IMG/VR virus record: IMGVR_UViG_3300047481_000444
Location: 1 to 52,305 of that record
DNA length: 52,305 bases
DNA from: a virus
Taxonomy: Duplodnaviria; Caudoviricetes
Strand: one strand, 5' to 3'
Part shown: positions 19,936 to 29,555 of the stretch, piece after piece
How positions within the stretch are numbered: the stretch's first letter is position 1
Layout: every line of letters begins with the position of its first letter
Position numbers and translations under genes: made by a program
The notes under the pieces: model-generated
Seen by the model: only the letters and a program-made list of their open reading frames with translations
Told to the model about the DNA's origin: nothing
Database searches by the model: none

Positions 19936-20439
19936 TTAGCTTAGAAACAATGCTACTTCTGCCTGTCTGCGTCGAACCAACCCAGGAAGCACTTTGCCCC
20001 CGCCTTTGGTCCACTTCATAAAACCTTCAGCAGCTCCTTCCCAATCTCCTCTGTTGATAGCCATACGCATACTAGAGCGTTGGAAGTTGCCTACCCCGGC
20101 ATTGAACGCAAAAGAGACACAAGCATCGAATGCTCCTTGACGAGCAGCAAGACTAGGAGCAAGGCGAAGTACACCTCGCTCAAATATAACGAGATCTTTC
20201 TCAAAAAGGTCATTGACTTCTTCCTTGCTCCAAGCCCTGTTGTCCTCTTTACGCAGAGGATAGTCTTTACGGAGCATTCCTGTATAACCCTGCTTAGCAG
20301 CGACAGGAAGCCTTATCTGGTCCTGATACAGCACATGACCATAACCAATGGTCCAGATGGCAGCAGGACACAAATAAGGCTTAAGTCTGCACCCTTCAAA
20401 CAGGTGCATCAATTCTATACCTTTTTTACTTGTCTTCAT
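19936..20439 (-). CDS. endolysin, GH24 phage lysozyme
   Basis: FEG.RLKPYLCPA.IWTIGYGH, FDACVSFAFNAG, GLVRRRQAE. Confidence 0.92.
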   Translation of the reverse strand: MKTSKKGIELMHLFEGCRLKPYLCPAAIWTIGYGHVLYQDQIRLPVAAKQGYTGMLRKDYPLRKEDNRAWSKEEVNDLFEKDLVIFERGVLRLAPSLAARQGAFDACVSFAFNAGVGNFQRSSMRMAINRGDWEGAAEGFMKWTKGGGKVLPGLVRRRQAEVALFLS

Positions 20440-20942
20440 TTCTTAGAGAAAGCCTGAGTACCAAACCAGAAGGCAATGATGGAAGACAGGATAATCATCT
20501 CATCTTCAGTGAAGGCTTGTTCAACAACAGTGAGGAAGTCAAGACCAGCAGACCAGCCCCACCAGATGATGGCAAAGTTGATTATCACCAACTCCAACAC
20601 AAAGATGAGAGTGACAACAGGTCTGATGCTGGCTCTGAGATTTGTCACCCACTGACTAGCTCCTTTGCCAATAGCAATGTCATGTGCCAACAAAGCCTTC
20701 TGATGATCAACAGTGGCTTCTTGATGACGGATGTTGGCATCCACCTGCATCTGATCTGTCCTAATCTCTTCAACACGGGCTTGAGCAACAAAGCCTCTTT
20801 CCATCATGTGATATTCTTTGTCGTTCTGCATCCTTGCCAAAGCAAGCTCATGCTTCTTGTCTTGCTGATCTTGGAAGAAGTCCAACAGCTTAGGCAAGCC
20901 TCCCATCAGAAATGACACAACAGTGGATAGCAAGCTCATCAT
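20436..20942 (-). CDS. putative holin (3-TM type)
   Basis: N-terminal hydrophobic segment, DKKHEL, QWV..LRASIRPVVT, two C-terminal TM segments ending IIAFWFG; adjacent to the endolysin. Confidence 0.65.
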   Translation of the reverse strand: MMSLLSTVVSFLMGGLPKLLDFFQDQQDKKHELALARMQNDKEYHMMERGFVAQARVEEIRTDQMQVDANIRHQEATVDHQKALLAHDIAIGKGASQWVTNLRASIRPVVTLIFVLELVIINFAIIWWGWSAGLDFLTVVEQAFTEDEMIILSSIIAFWFGTQAFSKK

Positions 20943-21427
20943 AGTTCGTTTCCTTTCAAATGCGTAAGAATGAAGTCTGAGATGATGTAGATGAGATAGG
21001 AACAGAAGATGATGGCAGACACCATCAACGTATTCAGAGCCGCTTGTTTACGCTTCTCTGATTGAAGATGTTCTTGACGTTTGCGTTTTGTTTCAATTTT
21101 CCTGCGCTCTTCAATCATCTCTCTATAAGCGCCTTGTCCGTACCTATAGAGAATCATTGTTCTCAACTCATTCTCTTGTTCTTCAATCTTCTTGCGCCTC
21201 ATCAGCGCTTCCAGTGCTTCCTGTTCAACAGAGCCCTTATGCAGCAGCTTCTTAAACACTGAAGGATTGCTGGCTTCTTCCTCTGCCTTCTTCACCTCAG
21301 CACAGGCACCAAACCATTGCCCAAGCTGTGAAGCCATGCCTTCAATTTCCTGGCCTAGTTCAATGCCTCTCTTGATGGCGTTGTAGGCAGCAGTGGCTGT
21401 GGCAAAGGCGGTGACAGGATCAATCAC
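20939..21427 (-). CDS. hypothetical membrane protein
   Basis: MIDPVTAFATA start, coiled coil and C-terminal TM segment. Confidence 0.65.
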   Translation of the reverse strand: MIDPVTAFATATAAYNAIKRGIELGQEIEGMASQLGQWFGACAEVKKAEEEASNPSVFKKLLHKGSVEQEALEALMRRKKIEEQENELRTMILYRYGQGAYREMIEERRKIETKRKRQEHLQSEKRKQAALNTLMVSAIIFCSYLIYIISDFILTHLKGNEL

Positions 21428-21615
21428 TTTAAGACATCTTTATAGATTTGGTAGAGCTTATGCCCTATCATCAACACTGTGTAAACAAGAGTAGCCCAAA
21501 GCAAAATCTCTGACACTTGATAGCCAGCCAACGTAGCCAATGACACTGTTGCCGGTGGTGCTGCCTTTGTTGCAATCATTGCTCCTGATTCAGTTATTTG
21601 TTGAGACGAGGACAT
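21424..21615 (-). CDS. small membrane protein (holin-like)
   Basis: 63 aa with hydrophobic ILLWATLVYTVLMIG; in the lysis cluster. Confidence 0.55.
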   Translation of the reverse strand: MSSSQQITESGAMIATKAAPPATVSLATLAGYQVSEILLWATLVYTVLMIGHKLYQIYKDVLK

Positions 21616-21627
21616 TCCTGCTCCAGT

Positions 21628-21882
21628 TCATTGTCTAGCCTCCACTTCCATTGGGGCATTGTGATATCCATATCTCAACACTTGGTATAGATATGTAACG
21701 TAGTATCGGAACGTACCCATTCGCTGCCATTGCTGCCAATGAACTTGTTCATGAGCAATGAGCTTGTCTGAGTACATATGCTCAGCAAGGATGTAGATGC
21801 CAAAAGGCGCTAACGCCACACCAGCAAAGCCAGTGCGACGTAGCACCCATGCTACAAGACCTTTAGCAGGCTTTGGTGTCAC
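21628..21882 (-). CDS. hypothetical protein with an HExxH-type motif
   Basis: GTG start overlaps the upstream TGA; LIAHEQVHWQQ...GY.NAPMEVEAR. Confidence 0.65.
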   Translation of the reverse strand: MTPKPAKGLVAWVLRRTGFAGVALAPFGIYILAEHMYSDKLIAHEQVHWQQWQRMGTFRYYVTYLYQVLRYGYHNAPMEVEARQ

Positions 21883-22082
21883 GACGCCTCTGTTGCCTGC
21901 GGCTCTGCCGCCACCTGCGGCCCTGCCGCCATTTGCGGCCCTGCCTTCAGTTGCGCCTCGCCCTGCTGCTTGATGCGCATCCACAGGTCTACCACCGCCT
22001 CAAGGGGCAGCTTGCCCAGCCCGGCCATGATGAGGTTCACGTCGTTGACCGTGAGTTCGAGGGTGAGTTTCTTGTCGTTCAT
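21879..22082 (-). CDS. small tail-fibre-associated protein
   Basis: MNDKKLTLELTVNDVNLIMAGLGKLP; ATGA coupling. Confidence 0.65.
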   Translation of the reverse strand: MNDKKLTLELTVNDVNLIMAGLGKLPLEAVVDLWMRIKQQGEAQLKAGPQMAAGPQVAAEPQATEAS

Positions 22083-22399
22083 GCTTGGCTCCAAGGCAGC
22101 GGAGTGTTCTGCGGGCTGACGGGTGGATTGATCATGCTGTCGATCTGACCCTGCACACAGGCTTGTGCGCTGGCAATCTGGTTGGCGGGAATCCAGCCCA
22201 GCACGGTGGCTTGCGTCAACTGGTCGTAGGGGATAAACGGGCCTTCCTGCTGGCTGGAGTCGAACTGGGTGTTGCCGTCGATGGAGGCGGTGTTTGCGCC
22301 GTCCACCCCGGTTACCGTCCACAGCACATTGACCACATAGTTCGGGTCAGGCTGTTGCAGTGTGTACATCGCGGTGATGGTGGTGGTGAATGTGGTCAT
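22079..22399 (-). CDS. putative tail-fibre chaperone / accessory protein
   Basis: VV.V.W...G.DG...FIPYDQLTQ..VLGW...PLPW pattern; GGAG RBS. Confidence 0.65.
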   Translation of the reverse strand: MTTFTTTITAMYTLQQPDPNYVVNVLWTVTGVDGANTASIDGNTQFDSSQQEGPFIPYDQLTQATVLGWIPANQIASAQACVQGQIDSMINPPVSPQNTPLPWSQA

Positions 22400-22400
22400 T

Positions 22401-22763
22401 TCAGTTGCTCCAAGGTGCGGGTTGTTTTTGGATGGGCGTGTATTTAGAAAAGCATTCAAAAACGGTGCCAGTTCTTTGCTCGTCTGCAAGTTCCAATTCA
22501 AGCATTTCTTGAGTCTTTGACTCATAAAACGCCACGCCATCCGGCCCGAGTGTGGACTGCACCCAGCCAATGACTTGCGCTTCGGTCAAATCTTGATACT
22601 GAATGAACGGGTTTGCAGGGTTGTATGTCATGTCGGTCTTGCCGTTCATATTGACAGTCACGCCTTGGCTTGTGGTCGTGCAAATCCAAGGAACCTGTAC
22701 TACCACGCTTTGGTGTCCGTCAATGTTGGCGGTTACAAGATTGCCTTTTACTTTCCATTCCAT
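22401..22763 (-). CDS. putative tail-fibre chaperone / accessory protein (paralogue of the downstream gene)
   Basis: VV.VPW...FIQYQDLTEAQVIGWV...PAPW pattern; AGGAG RBS. Confidence 0.65.
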   Translation of the reverse strand: MEWKVKGNLVTANIDGHQSVVVQVPWICTTTSQGVTVNMNGKTDMTYNPANPFIQYQDLTEAQVIGWVQSTLGPDGVAFYESKTQEMLELELADEQRTGTVFECFSKYTPIQKQPAPWSN

Positions 22764-22773
22764 AATTTTCTCC

Positions 22774-25287
22774 TTAAGATCGGGTAATGCTTAAGAGATA
22801 GTTGTAGTCAACCACTTCAACATCCATAACAGTTCTGTTATTGCCACCACTAACTCTCATCTGAAGGAGGGCGCTCGTTGTTACTCCCGATGTAGCATCT
22901 GAAACAGAAAGTGTTAAAGACCCAGTATCACCGCCACTATCAGCAGTGGTTATCCCGTCAATAGTGCCGTTATATGCGGCAAAATAAACAAGCCACCACG
23001 CTCCAAGACCTCCGCTTAAGTCAGCATTTCTTGAAGCTGCTCTAACAAAAACATACCCCACTTGCCATTCTGTAGTGGTGGTAGTGATAAACGCTCGACA
23101 AGTAACTGTTCCAGAGTTGTCTGGAGACATTGTTTTTCCGGCATAAACACCAAGATCGTTATTATTTGCACCCCACAATATTGATCCACGAAAATGATTT
23201 TGCGGGGCGTTTGATCCATATCCCGGAATACCGGAATTAAAGTACCTCGGATTCCCATCCCCATCCGACAGCACGATGTAGTTGCTGGCAGTGCGGATGT
23301 CGAGGCCACCTTGGTTGCCGGAGTAGCCGCCAATGATGGTGTTCTTTGCGCCCGTAGTAACGTAATGGCCCGCGCCCTCCGCGCTAGCATTTACACCAAA
23401 GAAATTATTTGCAGTACCAGTAGTTACAGAGACACCGGCATTACGCCCAACGAACGTTCCGTACTGCGCCGTCGTAACGCCGTATGCCGCCTGATAGCCT
23501 ACTGCGGTAATCGCTCTTGCGGTAGTGCTTGAATATCCCGCCTGATACCCCAAGAAAGCGTGTTCGTATCCCGTCGTATTGCTATACCCAGCCTGATAAC
23601 CTACAGCAGTGTTGTTGGAGGCGGTGGTGTTTAAGGCAAGTGCCTGTATACCAATTGCAGTGTTTGAAGAGCCAGTGGTATTTGAATACAGGGAGTTTGA
23701 TCCAACCGCCGCATTGTAATTGCCCGTCGTGTTAACCCATAGAGACACATCCCCAATTGCAAGGTTCAAGTACCCGGTCGTGGTTCCGCGAAGTGCGTAT
23801 GAACCAAAAGCGGTGTTCTGATAACCCGTGGTAATTGCTGTTCCCGCCTCGAAGCCAACAGCCGTGTTGTTATTCCCGGTGGTGTGGCTATAAAGAGCCT
23901 TGTACCCAATGGCAACAACCTGAGTCCCAGTCGTATTGCTATACCCCGCCTGATACCCCACAGCAGTGTTGTTGGAGGCGGTGGTGTTGGAGTTTAACGC
24001 AAGACTACCAAGCGTGGTGTTGTATGACCCTGTAGTATTTGCAAATAACGATCGGTCGCCAACACCCGTGTTGTGAGTGCCTGTGGTGTTAAACGCAAGT
24101 GCATTCAGTCCTAAACCAGTATTGAAAGTTCCTGTCGTATTAGTGAAAAGGGCTTGCGTTCCGACAGCCGTGTTATTCGAAGCGGTAGCAACTTTCAACG
24201 CCTCAAAACCAACTGCCGTGTTTTGACTGCCACTCGTATTCGCCGCCAAAGCACTCGCACCCACCGCAGTGTTGGTAGCCACAGCACCTGCGCCACGGCC
24301 TACGGTGATGCCGTACACCGTCAGGTCAGTGCCGCTGTAGAGCAGGTTGGCTGAGTCGGTCAGGTTGCCACCAGTGGTTGTGTAAACCACGCGACCAGTA
24401 GTCAGAGAAGAATCAGTCAGGTTGGAGGCAACAAGCGTTGTCCCATCAAACGTCAGCGCACTCCCACTCGTCGCCACCTTGCTGCCATTCAGGTACAGCA
24501 CGCCGTTGGCGGTGCCTGCATCCAGCACAGGGTTGCTCAGGAACGTCTGCGTGCCGGTGAAGCTCTGAGCAGCGTCTGAGCGTGCGACCGTGGCGCTCGT
24601 AGACGGGAACGTCATCGTCGTCGCGTCAGTGCCAGCAAGGGTTAGGCTGTTGTTGGCTGTCAGCGTTTTACCGTCGGCAATGGTGAGCGTTGCTGATGTT
24701 GCAGGCGCTGTAATCGCCACCTTGTTGATGGACGTTGCCGTGGCTGCCCCAAGAATTGGTGTGGTGAGCGTTGGCGAGGTTGCCAACACGTTGTTACCTG
24801 TTCCTGTGTTCGTCACCGACACTACTTCTTTACTAGCATTCAAGGCCAGTGCAGTGGACGCTGTCAAGCCAGAGAGGGTTGTTGTGCCACTAGCAGACAA
24901 CGACGTAAACGCCCCTGTGCTGGCCGAAGCTGCTCCAATGGCTGTGCCGTCAATAGAGCCGCCATTGATGTCAGCAGTGTCAGCGACAAGGCTGTCAATG
25001 TTGGCTGTGCCATCAATGTAGAGGTCTTTGAATTCAAAGGAAGAGCTGCCCAGGTCAACGGTGTTATCCGTCTTAGGTGTCAACGCTGATGCACTAGCTA
25101 CAACATCCTGCGTAGGACCAATCTTGGTGATGGGAGCACCTTCAGCAGCAGTGCCATCATGTGTGTGACCAGTGGAGGCATGGAACGCTGCTTCAATGGA
25201 GTTGTATTCATTGTCAAAGTCTGAAGCATTGATGACGTTGCCGTCAGCAATGTTGTTTGTAACGTCTTGTCTGATATAGCCAGCCAT
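22774..25287 (-). CDS. tail fibre / receptor-binding protein
   Basis: N-terminal anchor (GY.RQ...GH.HDGT..EG.PI), Thr/Ala/Gly-rich shaft, 14/28-aa NTAVG..AL..NTTG repeats, GDGNP before a distinct tip domain. Confidence 0.85.
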   Translation of the reverse strand: MAGYIRQDVTNNIADGNVINASDFDNEYNSIEAAFHASTGHTHDGTAAEGAPITKIGPTQDVVASASALTPKTDNTVDLGSSSFEFKDLYIDGTANIDSLVADTADINGGSIDGTAIGAASASTGAFTSLSASGTTTLSGLTASTALALNASKEVVSVTNTGTGNNVLATSPTLTTPILGAATATSINKVAITAPATSATLTIADGKTLTANNSLTLAGTDATTMTFPSTSATVARSDAAQSFTGTQTFLSNPVLDAGTANGVLYLNGSKVATSGSALTFDGTTLVASNLTDSSLTTGRVVYTTTGGNLTDSANLLYSGTDLTVYGITVGRGAGAVATNTAVGASALAANTSGSQNTAVGFEALKVATASNNTAVGTQALFTNTTGTFNTGLGLNALAFNTTGTHNTGVGDRSLFANTTGSYNTTLGSLALNSNTTASNNTAVGYQAGYSNTTGTQVVAIGYKALYSHTTGNNNTAVGFEAGTAITTGYQNTAFGSYALRGTTTGYLNLAIGDVSLWVNTTGNYNAAVGSNSLYSNTTGSSNTAIGIQALALNTTASNNTAVGYQAGYSNTTGYEHAFLGYQAGYSSTTARAITAVGYQAAYGVTTAQYGTFVGRNAGVSVTTGTANNFFGVNASAEGAGHYVTTGAKNTIIGGYSGNQGGLDIRTASNYIVLSDGDGNPRYFNSGIPGYGSNAPQNHFRGSILWGANNNDLGVYAGKTMSPDNSGTVTCRAFITTTTTEWQVGYVFVRAASRNADLSGGLGAWWLVYFAAYNGTIDGITTADSGGDTGSLTLSVSDATSGVTTSALLQMRVSGGNNRTVMDVEVVDYNYLLSITRS

Positions 25288-25301
25288 GTGCTTTTCCTTT
25301 G

Positions 25302-27257
25302 TTAACGTCTATCGTGAGAAGCATACTCTACGGTGACAGCGTCAAAGCTATACGGAGGATCGCTGCTGTTGCTTTCAAATTGCAACGAAACAGAGAAGCC
25401 ACTACCAATAGTCTGCGACTCAAACACCTTCAATAGCTTTTCACCAAATGTTGCAGTGCCGTATGTAGCCAGCGCAGTACCGAAGATACCAATATTGCTG
25501 GCTGCGTTAGTCAGCGTAATGGCCTCAGGTTGTACACTACCTTTACCATCGAAGTCAAGCTTCATGTTAAGGGTAATGTTTACACTGCCTTGTGGGTCTA
25601 AATAGGTGTGTAGCTTGTAGAAGGTTTTTCTGATGCGGGGGTCACTGACAGGCCAATACGGCGTGTAGAAAGAAGCTCTGACAGAAGAGCCAGCAAAGGT
25701 GTTGCCTTCTTCTAGTCTGTAAACATAGCCGTCATTGTTAGCGAAGATGACAAGCTCTGTTCTGTCGTGATAGTCGCTGTCAGCAGAATAGGCTTTGATG
25801 CCTCTAAGCTCAGACCATTCAATTCTGTCGCCAAATTGAGTACCTAAGATGCCTCTAGCACCGTCGCTAGTGACGTTTGCAGAATAGCCAAACAAGCGAT
25901 ATTGGCTCTTGGCTTTGATGGTGAGAGAAGAAAAGAAGGTGCTGCTGCTGATGAGTTCTGTCAACTCAACCTGCACCTGCTTAGACACGGATGCCAAGCC
26001 GAAGTCGCCAATGCGATCAGTGGCAGACAACAGCCTCAAACCATCAGGGCCTAAGAACATGACATCACCACCAACTTCTCTGATGGTGTCAGCAGACACA
26101 CAACCAATTTTTTCTGTGATGGGTTGTAGCTGAACGTCAGCAGCGGAGTTGCCAACAATTCTCTTAATGGCTTGCTCACAAAAAACAATGAGCTGTTCTC
26201 TGAATACAGCCAAGCCTGTTATGTTTCCTCCGACATTGATAACACCACCACCATTCGCAGAGGAGAAGTCATTGTCTGAAAACGGTGCTGCAAAATAGAC
26301 AGCATCACCCTTGGCAAAGAACAAGCTGTTCTTGAACCAAGCTACATATTCAGCACCCTCCAGATCCGCTATTGTCGTTAGCTTGGTGAATGTAGTGCCA
26401 TCATAGAGGAAAGGAAAGCTAACACCATTGACACCAGCAATCTTCTCAACAGAGCCAATACGATAGCGCTCAAATCTAGTTCTGTTGCCTGCGGTGAACT
26501 TAGTGCTTCTGAAGGTGATAGCAGCGTTGTCAGCAGGGCTGCTGTCCAATGCTGGCGATATTGCCAACGTAGCACCACCAGACGTCACTGTAGGTGTTGC
26601 TGTGATGATGTATGTCAGAGCCACACCAGCAATGGTGAAGGTGTCTCCAATCTGAGGAACCGCTGTCAATCCATCAACAATCAGCGACGTTCCTGTCTGG
26701 GCAGCGCCGTCTACCAACACAGTGCCATAGGAAGGGATGTTGATTTGTGTGTAGCCACTGCCTGTGCTCTCATAAACATCATTACCTCTAGCCGCAACAA
26801 CAGTGCCGTCCCAAGCAGCAACGCCTGTGATGAGGCTGGTCTTGCTGCCAAAGACGACAGCAGTGCCGTCAGCAGGACTAGACACCAATGCTGTTGTCAA
26901 CGTCAGTGTCAATGATTGAAGAGTGCTGTTGTAGCTGACACCTCCAGTGTCAATTGTGTAGGTGTTTGCACCAATGGTGACGGTACTGCCTGCAACAGGC
27001 GCTTCAGTGACACCCGCCAACAACAAAGACGTCCCTGTTTGTCCTCCACCTTGAACAACAGCAGCACCATAGTAAGGCACTGCTGCTGTGTCAAACTTCT
27101 GGAAGCCCAAGATGCGTCTATATCCACCATCAACAGAAGGCTCATAGTTTCTAAGCACACGCGCACTGCCGGGCTCTTGTGTGCCTTGTTGAAGCGGAGA
27201 CAGGCTGCTAATCAGCCCTCCTTTGAACTCAACAGGATATGTTTGCCATTGATCCAT
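25302..27257 (-). CDS. tail nozzle / tubular protein B-like
   Basis: 651 aa, beta-propeller-like repeats (ITGLAVFREQLIVF, IGCVS.DTI.EVGGDVMFLGPDG); position after the adaptor. Confidence 0.7.
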   Translation of the reverse strand: MDQWQTYPVEFKGGLISSLSPLQQGTQEPGSARVLRNYEPSVDGGYRRILGFQKFDTAAVPYYGAAVVQGGGQTGTSLLLAGVTEAPVAGSTVTIGANTYTIDTGGVSYNSTLQSLTLTLTTALVSSPADGTAVVFGSKTSLITGVAAWDGTVVAARGNDVYESTGSGYTQINIPSYGTVLVDGAAQTGTSLIVDGLTAVPQIGDTFTIAGVALTYIITATPTVTSGGATLAISPALDSSPADNAAITFRSTKFTAGNRTRFERYRIGSVEKIAGVNGVSFPFLYDGTTFTKLTTIADLEGAEYVAWFKNSLFFAKGDAVYFAAPFSDNDFSSANGGGVINVGGNITGLAVFREQLIVFCEQAIKRIVGNSAADVQLQPITEKIGCVSADTIREVGGDVMFLGPDGLRLLSATDRIGDFGLASVSKQVQVELTELISSSTFFSSLTIKAKSQYRLFGYSANVTSDGARGILGTQFGDRIEWSELRGIKAYSADSDYHDRTELVIFANNDGYVYRLEEGNTFAGSSVRASFYTPYWPVSDPRIRKTFYKLHTYLDPQGSVNITLNMKLDFDGKGSVQPEAITLTNAASNIGIFGTALATYGTATFGEKLLKVFESQTIGSGFSVSLQFESNSSDPPYSFDAVTVEYASHDRR

Positions 27258-27983
27258 TTAGGCGAGTCTCGGTCCAGTAATAATCACAGCACCATGAGGA
27301 CGATATGTTGATGTGATGTATTCGTACTTGTTGATGAGAATGCTACGCATCCTTTTCAAGCCTTCATCAAATTTGTTCTTAGCAAGAGCAGCCGCTTGTT
27401 CATTGCTTCTAAACATATAAGCATGGTATTTAGCACCATCAAGAATGACATGCTTATAACGCTCAGGTACAAAAGGAACATCTGTAGGATTAACCAGATC
27501 AACAGGAATCCTATAGTATTCGTAAACTATCTCATAGTCCTCCTTAGGAGGAGGAACAACAACGAACTCATCACTAGGCGCTTGACAAACCTTTGAAGGA
27601 ACATCCAGCCTGCTGGTGTCCGTAGAATACTCTAGGTCTATATATTTCTTCAAATAGTCATCATAGGTGATGACATCAAGACGAATTGTTTTGTTGCCAA
27701 ACGTTGTGTCTTCTTTGATACGGAAGCTGTCGAAATCAATTTTGGAAGCATCTGTAGGAAAAGAATAACGGCTGACACCGTCAGACAACGTTTCTGTATG
27801 CTCTACATGATTGAAAGGCCAGTCTTGTCCAGCTTGATTGATGTCACGCAAAGCATTGTTGACAGCGTCTCTAGCATGGGCATAAAAGCCTTTAGAGGTA
27901 AGGAAGTTGGCTGAGGTCAGCTCCACTTCGTTCAAAGAACGGAGAAGAGCATTGGTGATTTCTAGATAGTTATACGCCATCAC
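27258..27983 (-). CDS. head-tail adaptor / tail tubular protein A-like
   Basis: YLEITN.LL..LNEVEL...VN.A.RDI...WPF...P.P...Y.I.YEYY...DL....D.P.VP pattern. Confidence 0.7.
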   Translation of the reverse strand: MMAYNYLEITNALLRSLNEVELTSANFLTSKGFYAHARDAVNNALRDINQAGQDWPFNHVEHTETLSDGVSRYSFPTDASKIDFDSFRIKEDTTFGNKTIRLDVITYDDYLKKYIDLEYSTDTSRLDVPSKVCQAPSDEFVVVPPPKEDYEIVYEYYRIPVDLVNPTDVPFVPERYKHVILDGAKYHAYMFRSNEQAAALAKNKFDEGLKRMRSILINKYEYITSTYRPHGAVIITGPRLA

Positions 27984-28300
27984 TGCTCCTTGATACGCAG
28001 CTTGATAACACGCTCAGCAACACTTCCACTAGAGTCTGTGATACGACAATAGAGCTTGTACTCAACGTTGTTAGTACCAAGAGCTAGATTAATCGTAGCC
28101 ACTGTATTCGTATGTGTAGCAGAAACGTTTTGCAGACCGTTGACAGTGTTTCCATTGGCAAAGGCTGTCTTGACGTCGCTGGCATTGTCTACAAACCAAG
28201 AAACACTTCCGATGGTGACGCCATTGTTCAACCACCGCGACCAATCTACGCTGTAGTCCAAGATTTCATCAGGGTCTTTATTGGGCCAACGAAAAGACAT
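27980..28300 (-). CDS. putative virion adaptor protein
   Basis: WPNKDPDEILDYSVDWSRWL motif common in phage structural clusters. Confidence 0.6.
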   Translation of the reverse strand: MSFRWPNKDPDEILDYSVDWSRWLNNGVTIGSVSWFVDNASDVKTAFANGNTVNGLQNVSATHTNTVATINLALGTNNVEYKLYCRITDSSGSVAERVIKLRIKEQ

Positions 28301-28301
28301 A

Positions 28302-29063
28302 TTATTCCTCTACCAGAGCAAAGCGCTCATCAGCGGTTGTTCGTCTAGCTGTATACACTGATCTGTTATCTTTTTCAACATACACACGACGAAGTTGAGC
28401 ATCTATTTTTTCTGCATACACTGTTCTAGGCTGTTCCTCGACATACACAAGACGCTGCTGTCGTCCTTCAATATACACCAGCCTAGTCCTAGAATACAGC
28501 TCTTTGACAGCTTCGTAATCGAACGAAGTTGTTGTCACAGACAATAGACCAGAAGCAGCGCTTAAACCAAAACCTGCAACATCTACAACTTCGTTCTCTA
28601 GAACAACAACAGAGCCTAGAGAAACACTGCTGCTTACGCCCGTCACCACTGTAAGAGCATTAGCAGCTACTATAGCGCTTCCAACAAACGCAGAAGCACC
28701 CATGCCTGTTACAGCAAAAAGAGCAGTGCCTGTGACAACAAAAGAACCAACAGAAGCTGTTGCAACAACACCTGAGACGCTTGTAACAGCAGCAGCGGTT
28801 ACAACAACTGTGCCGATGTCTGAGGCGCTAGCAACGCCTGTAACAACAACAGACGCATCAGCAACTACGGTAACACTGCCAACATTAGCAACAACGCTAA
28901 CACCAACAATGTCTACATTAGCTTCGGCAGATACAACAACGCTTCCTACCGAAGCTGATGTAGACACTCCATCAGGAATGTAAACTACATTTGAAACACC
29001 ATAGTTATCAGCACCATATACGCCAATACCAAAAATGGCACCACTACGAATAGTTGTAGCCAT
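28302..29063 (-). CDS. Val/Ser/Ala-rich repetitive structural protein
   Basis: About 22-aa repeats of V.GV...A.VG.V.V type. Confidence 0.6.
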   Translation of the reverse strand: MATTIRSGAIFGIGVYGADNYGVSNVVYIPDGVSTSASVGSVVVSAEANVDIVGVSVVANVGSVTVVADASVVVTGVASASDIGTVVVTAAAVTSVSGVVATASVGSFVVTGTALFAVTGMGASAFVGSAIVAANALTVVTGVSSSVSLGSVVVLENEVVDVAGFGLSAASGLLSVTTTSFDYEAVKELYSRTRLVYIEGRQQRLVYVEEQPRTVYAEKIDAQLRRVYVEKDNRSVYTARRTTADERFALVEE

Positions 29064-29075
29064 TGCTCAATGGTG

Positions 29076-29495
29076 TTAAGAAATACGAAGAATTGCAGTT
29101 GCAGCAGCCGCAACAGGAAACTGCACAGTGAAATCGCCGTTTGTAGAAATTTTGTCTGCTCCAAAATCAATCACTGCAATAGCTTTATTGCTCTTGCTGC
29201 TGTTGTAAATGAGAGCACCGCGTGCTGTAATTGTTGCTGCCGACCACGTTGTATCACTAAAGTCTACAATGGCTGTGCTGCTATCCAAAGAAATAACAGC
29301 ACCACTCAATGTATTACCACCGGCTGTGTATCCAGAAGCAACAATTTCATTGCTTGTGGTGTATGCTGTCGTTGTGGCATCAAGAGAAGCACTGCTGGTA
29401 TACAAAGCAATCTTAATGGTGTCAGTGTCTAGGTCATGAATAGCACCCAACACTTCTTGCTTGAAGCTGTTACAAACCGCTGATGTAATTGCCAT
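29076..29495 (-). CDS. putative structural protein
   Basis: MAITSAVCNSFKQE...KIALYTS.A.L...TTAY...NE...GYTAGG..L...ARGALIYN...DFG.DK pattern. Confidence 0.7.
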   Translation of the reverse strand: MAITSAVCNSFKQEVLGAIHDLDTDTIKIALYTSSASLDATTTAYTTSNEIVASGYTAGGNTLSGAVISLDSSTAIVDFSDTTWSAATITARGALIYNSSKSNKAIAVIDFGADKISTNGDFTVQFPVAAAATAILRIS

Positions 29496-29511
29496 ATCTA
29501 TTCCTAACAAC

Positions 29512-29545
29512 AAAAGGGAGAGAAGACATTGCTGTCTTCCCTCCT
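29512..29545 (-). terminator. rho-independent terminator
   Basis: Minus strand GGAGGGAAGACA-gcaa-TGTCTTCTCTCC + CTTTT. Confidence 0.7.
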
Positions 29546-29555
29546 CTACACTAGC

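Noticed and set aside
20340-20400. Endolysin inactive because the catalytic Asp is replaced by Cys
   Set aside because: E-x8-C-x5-T is a known functional variant of the GH24 triad (for example P1 Lyz)
23574-23988. Tail-fibre duplication as a DGR template/variable repeat pair
   Set aside because: No reverse transcriptase in the window; both copies are in-frame coding repeats in the shaft, not at the tip
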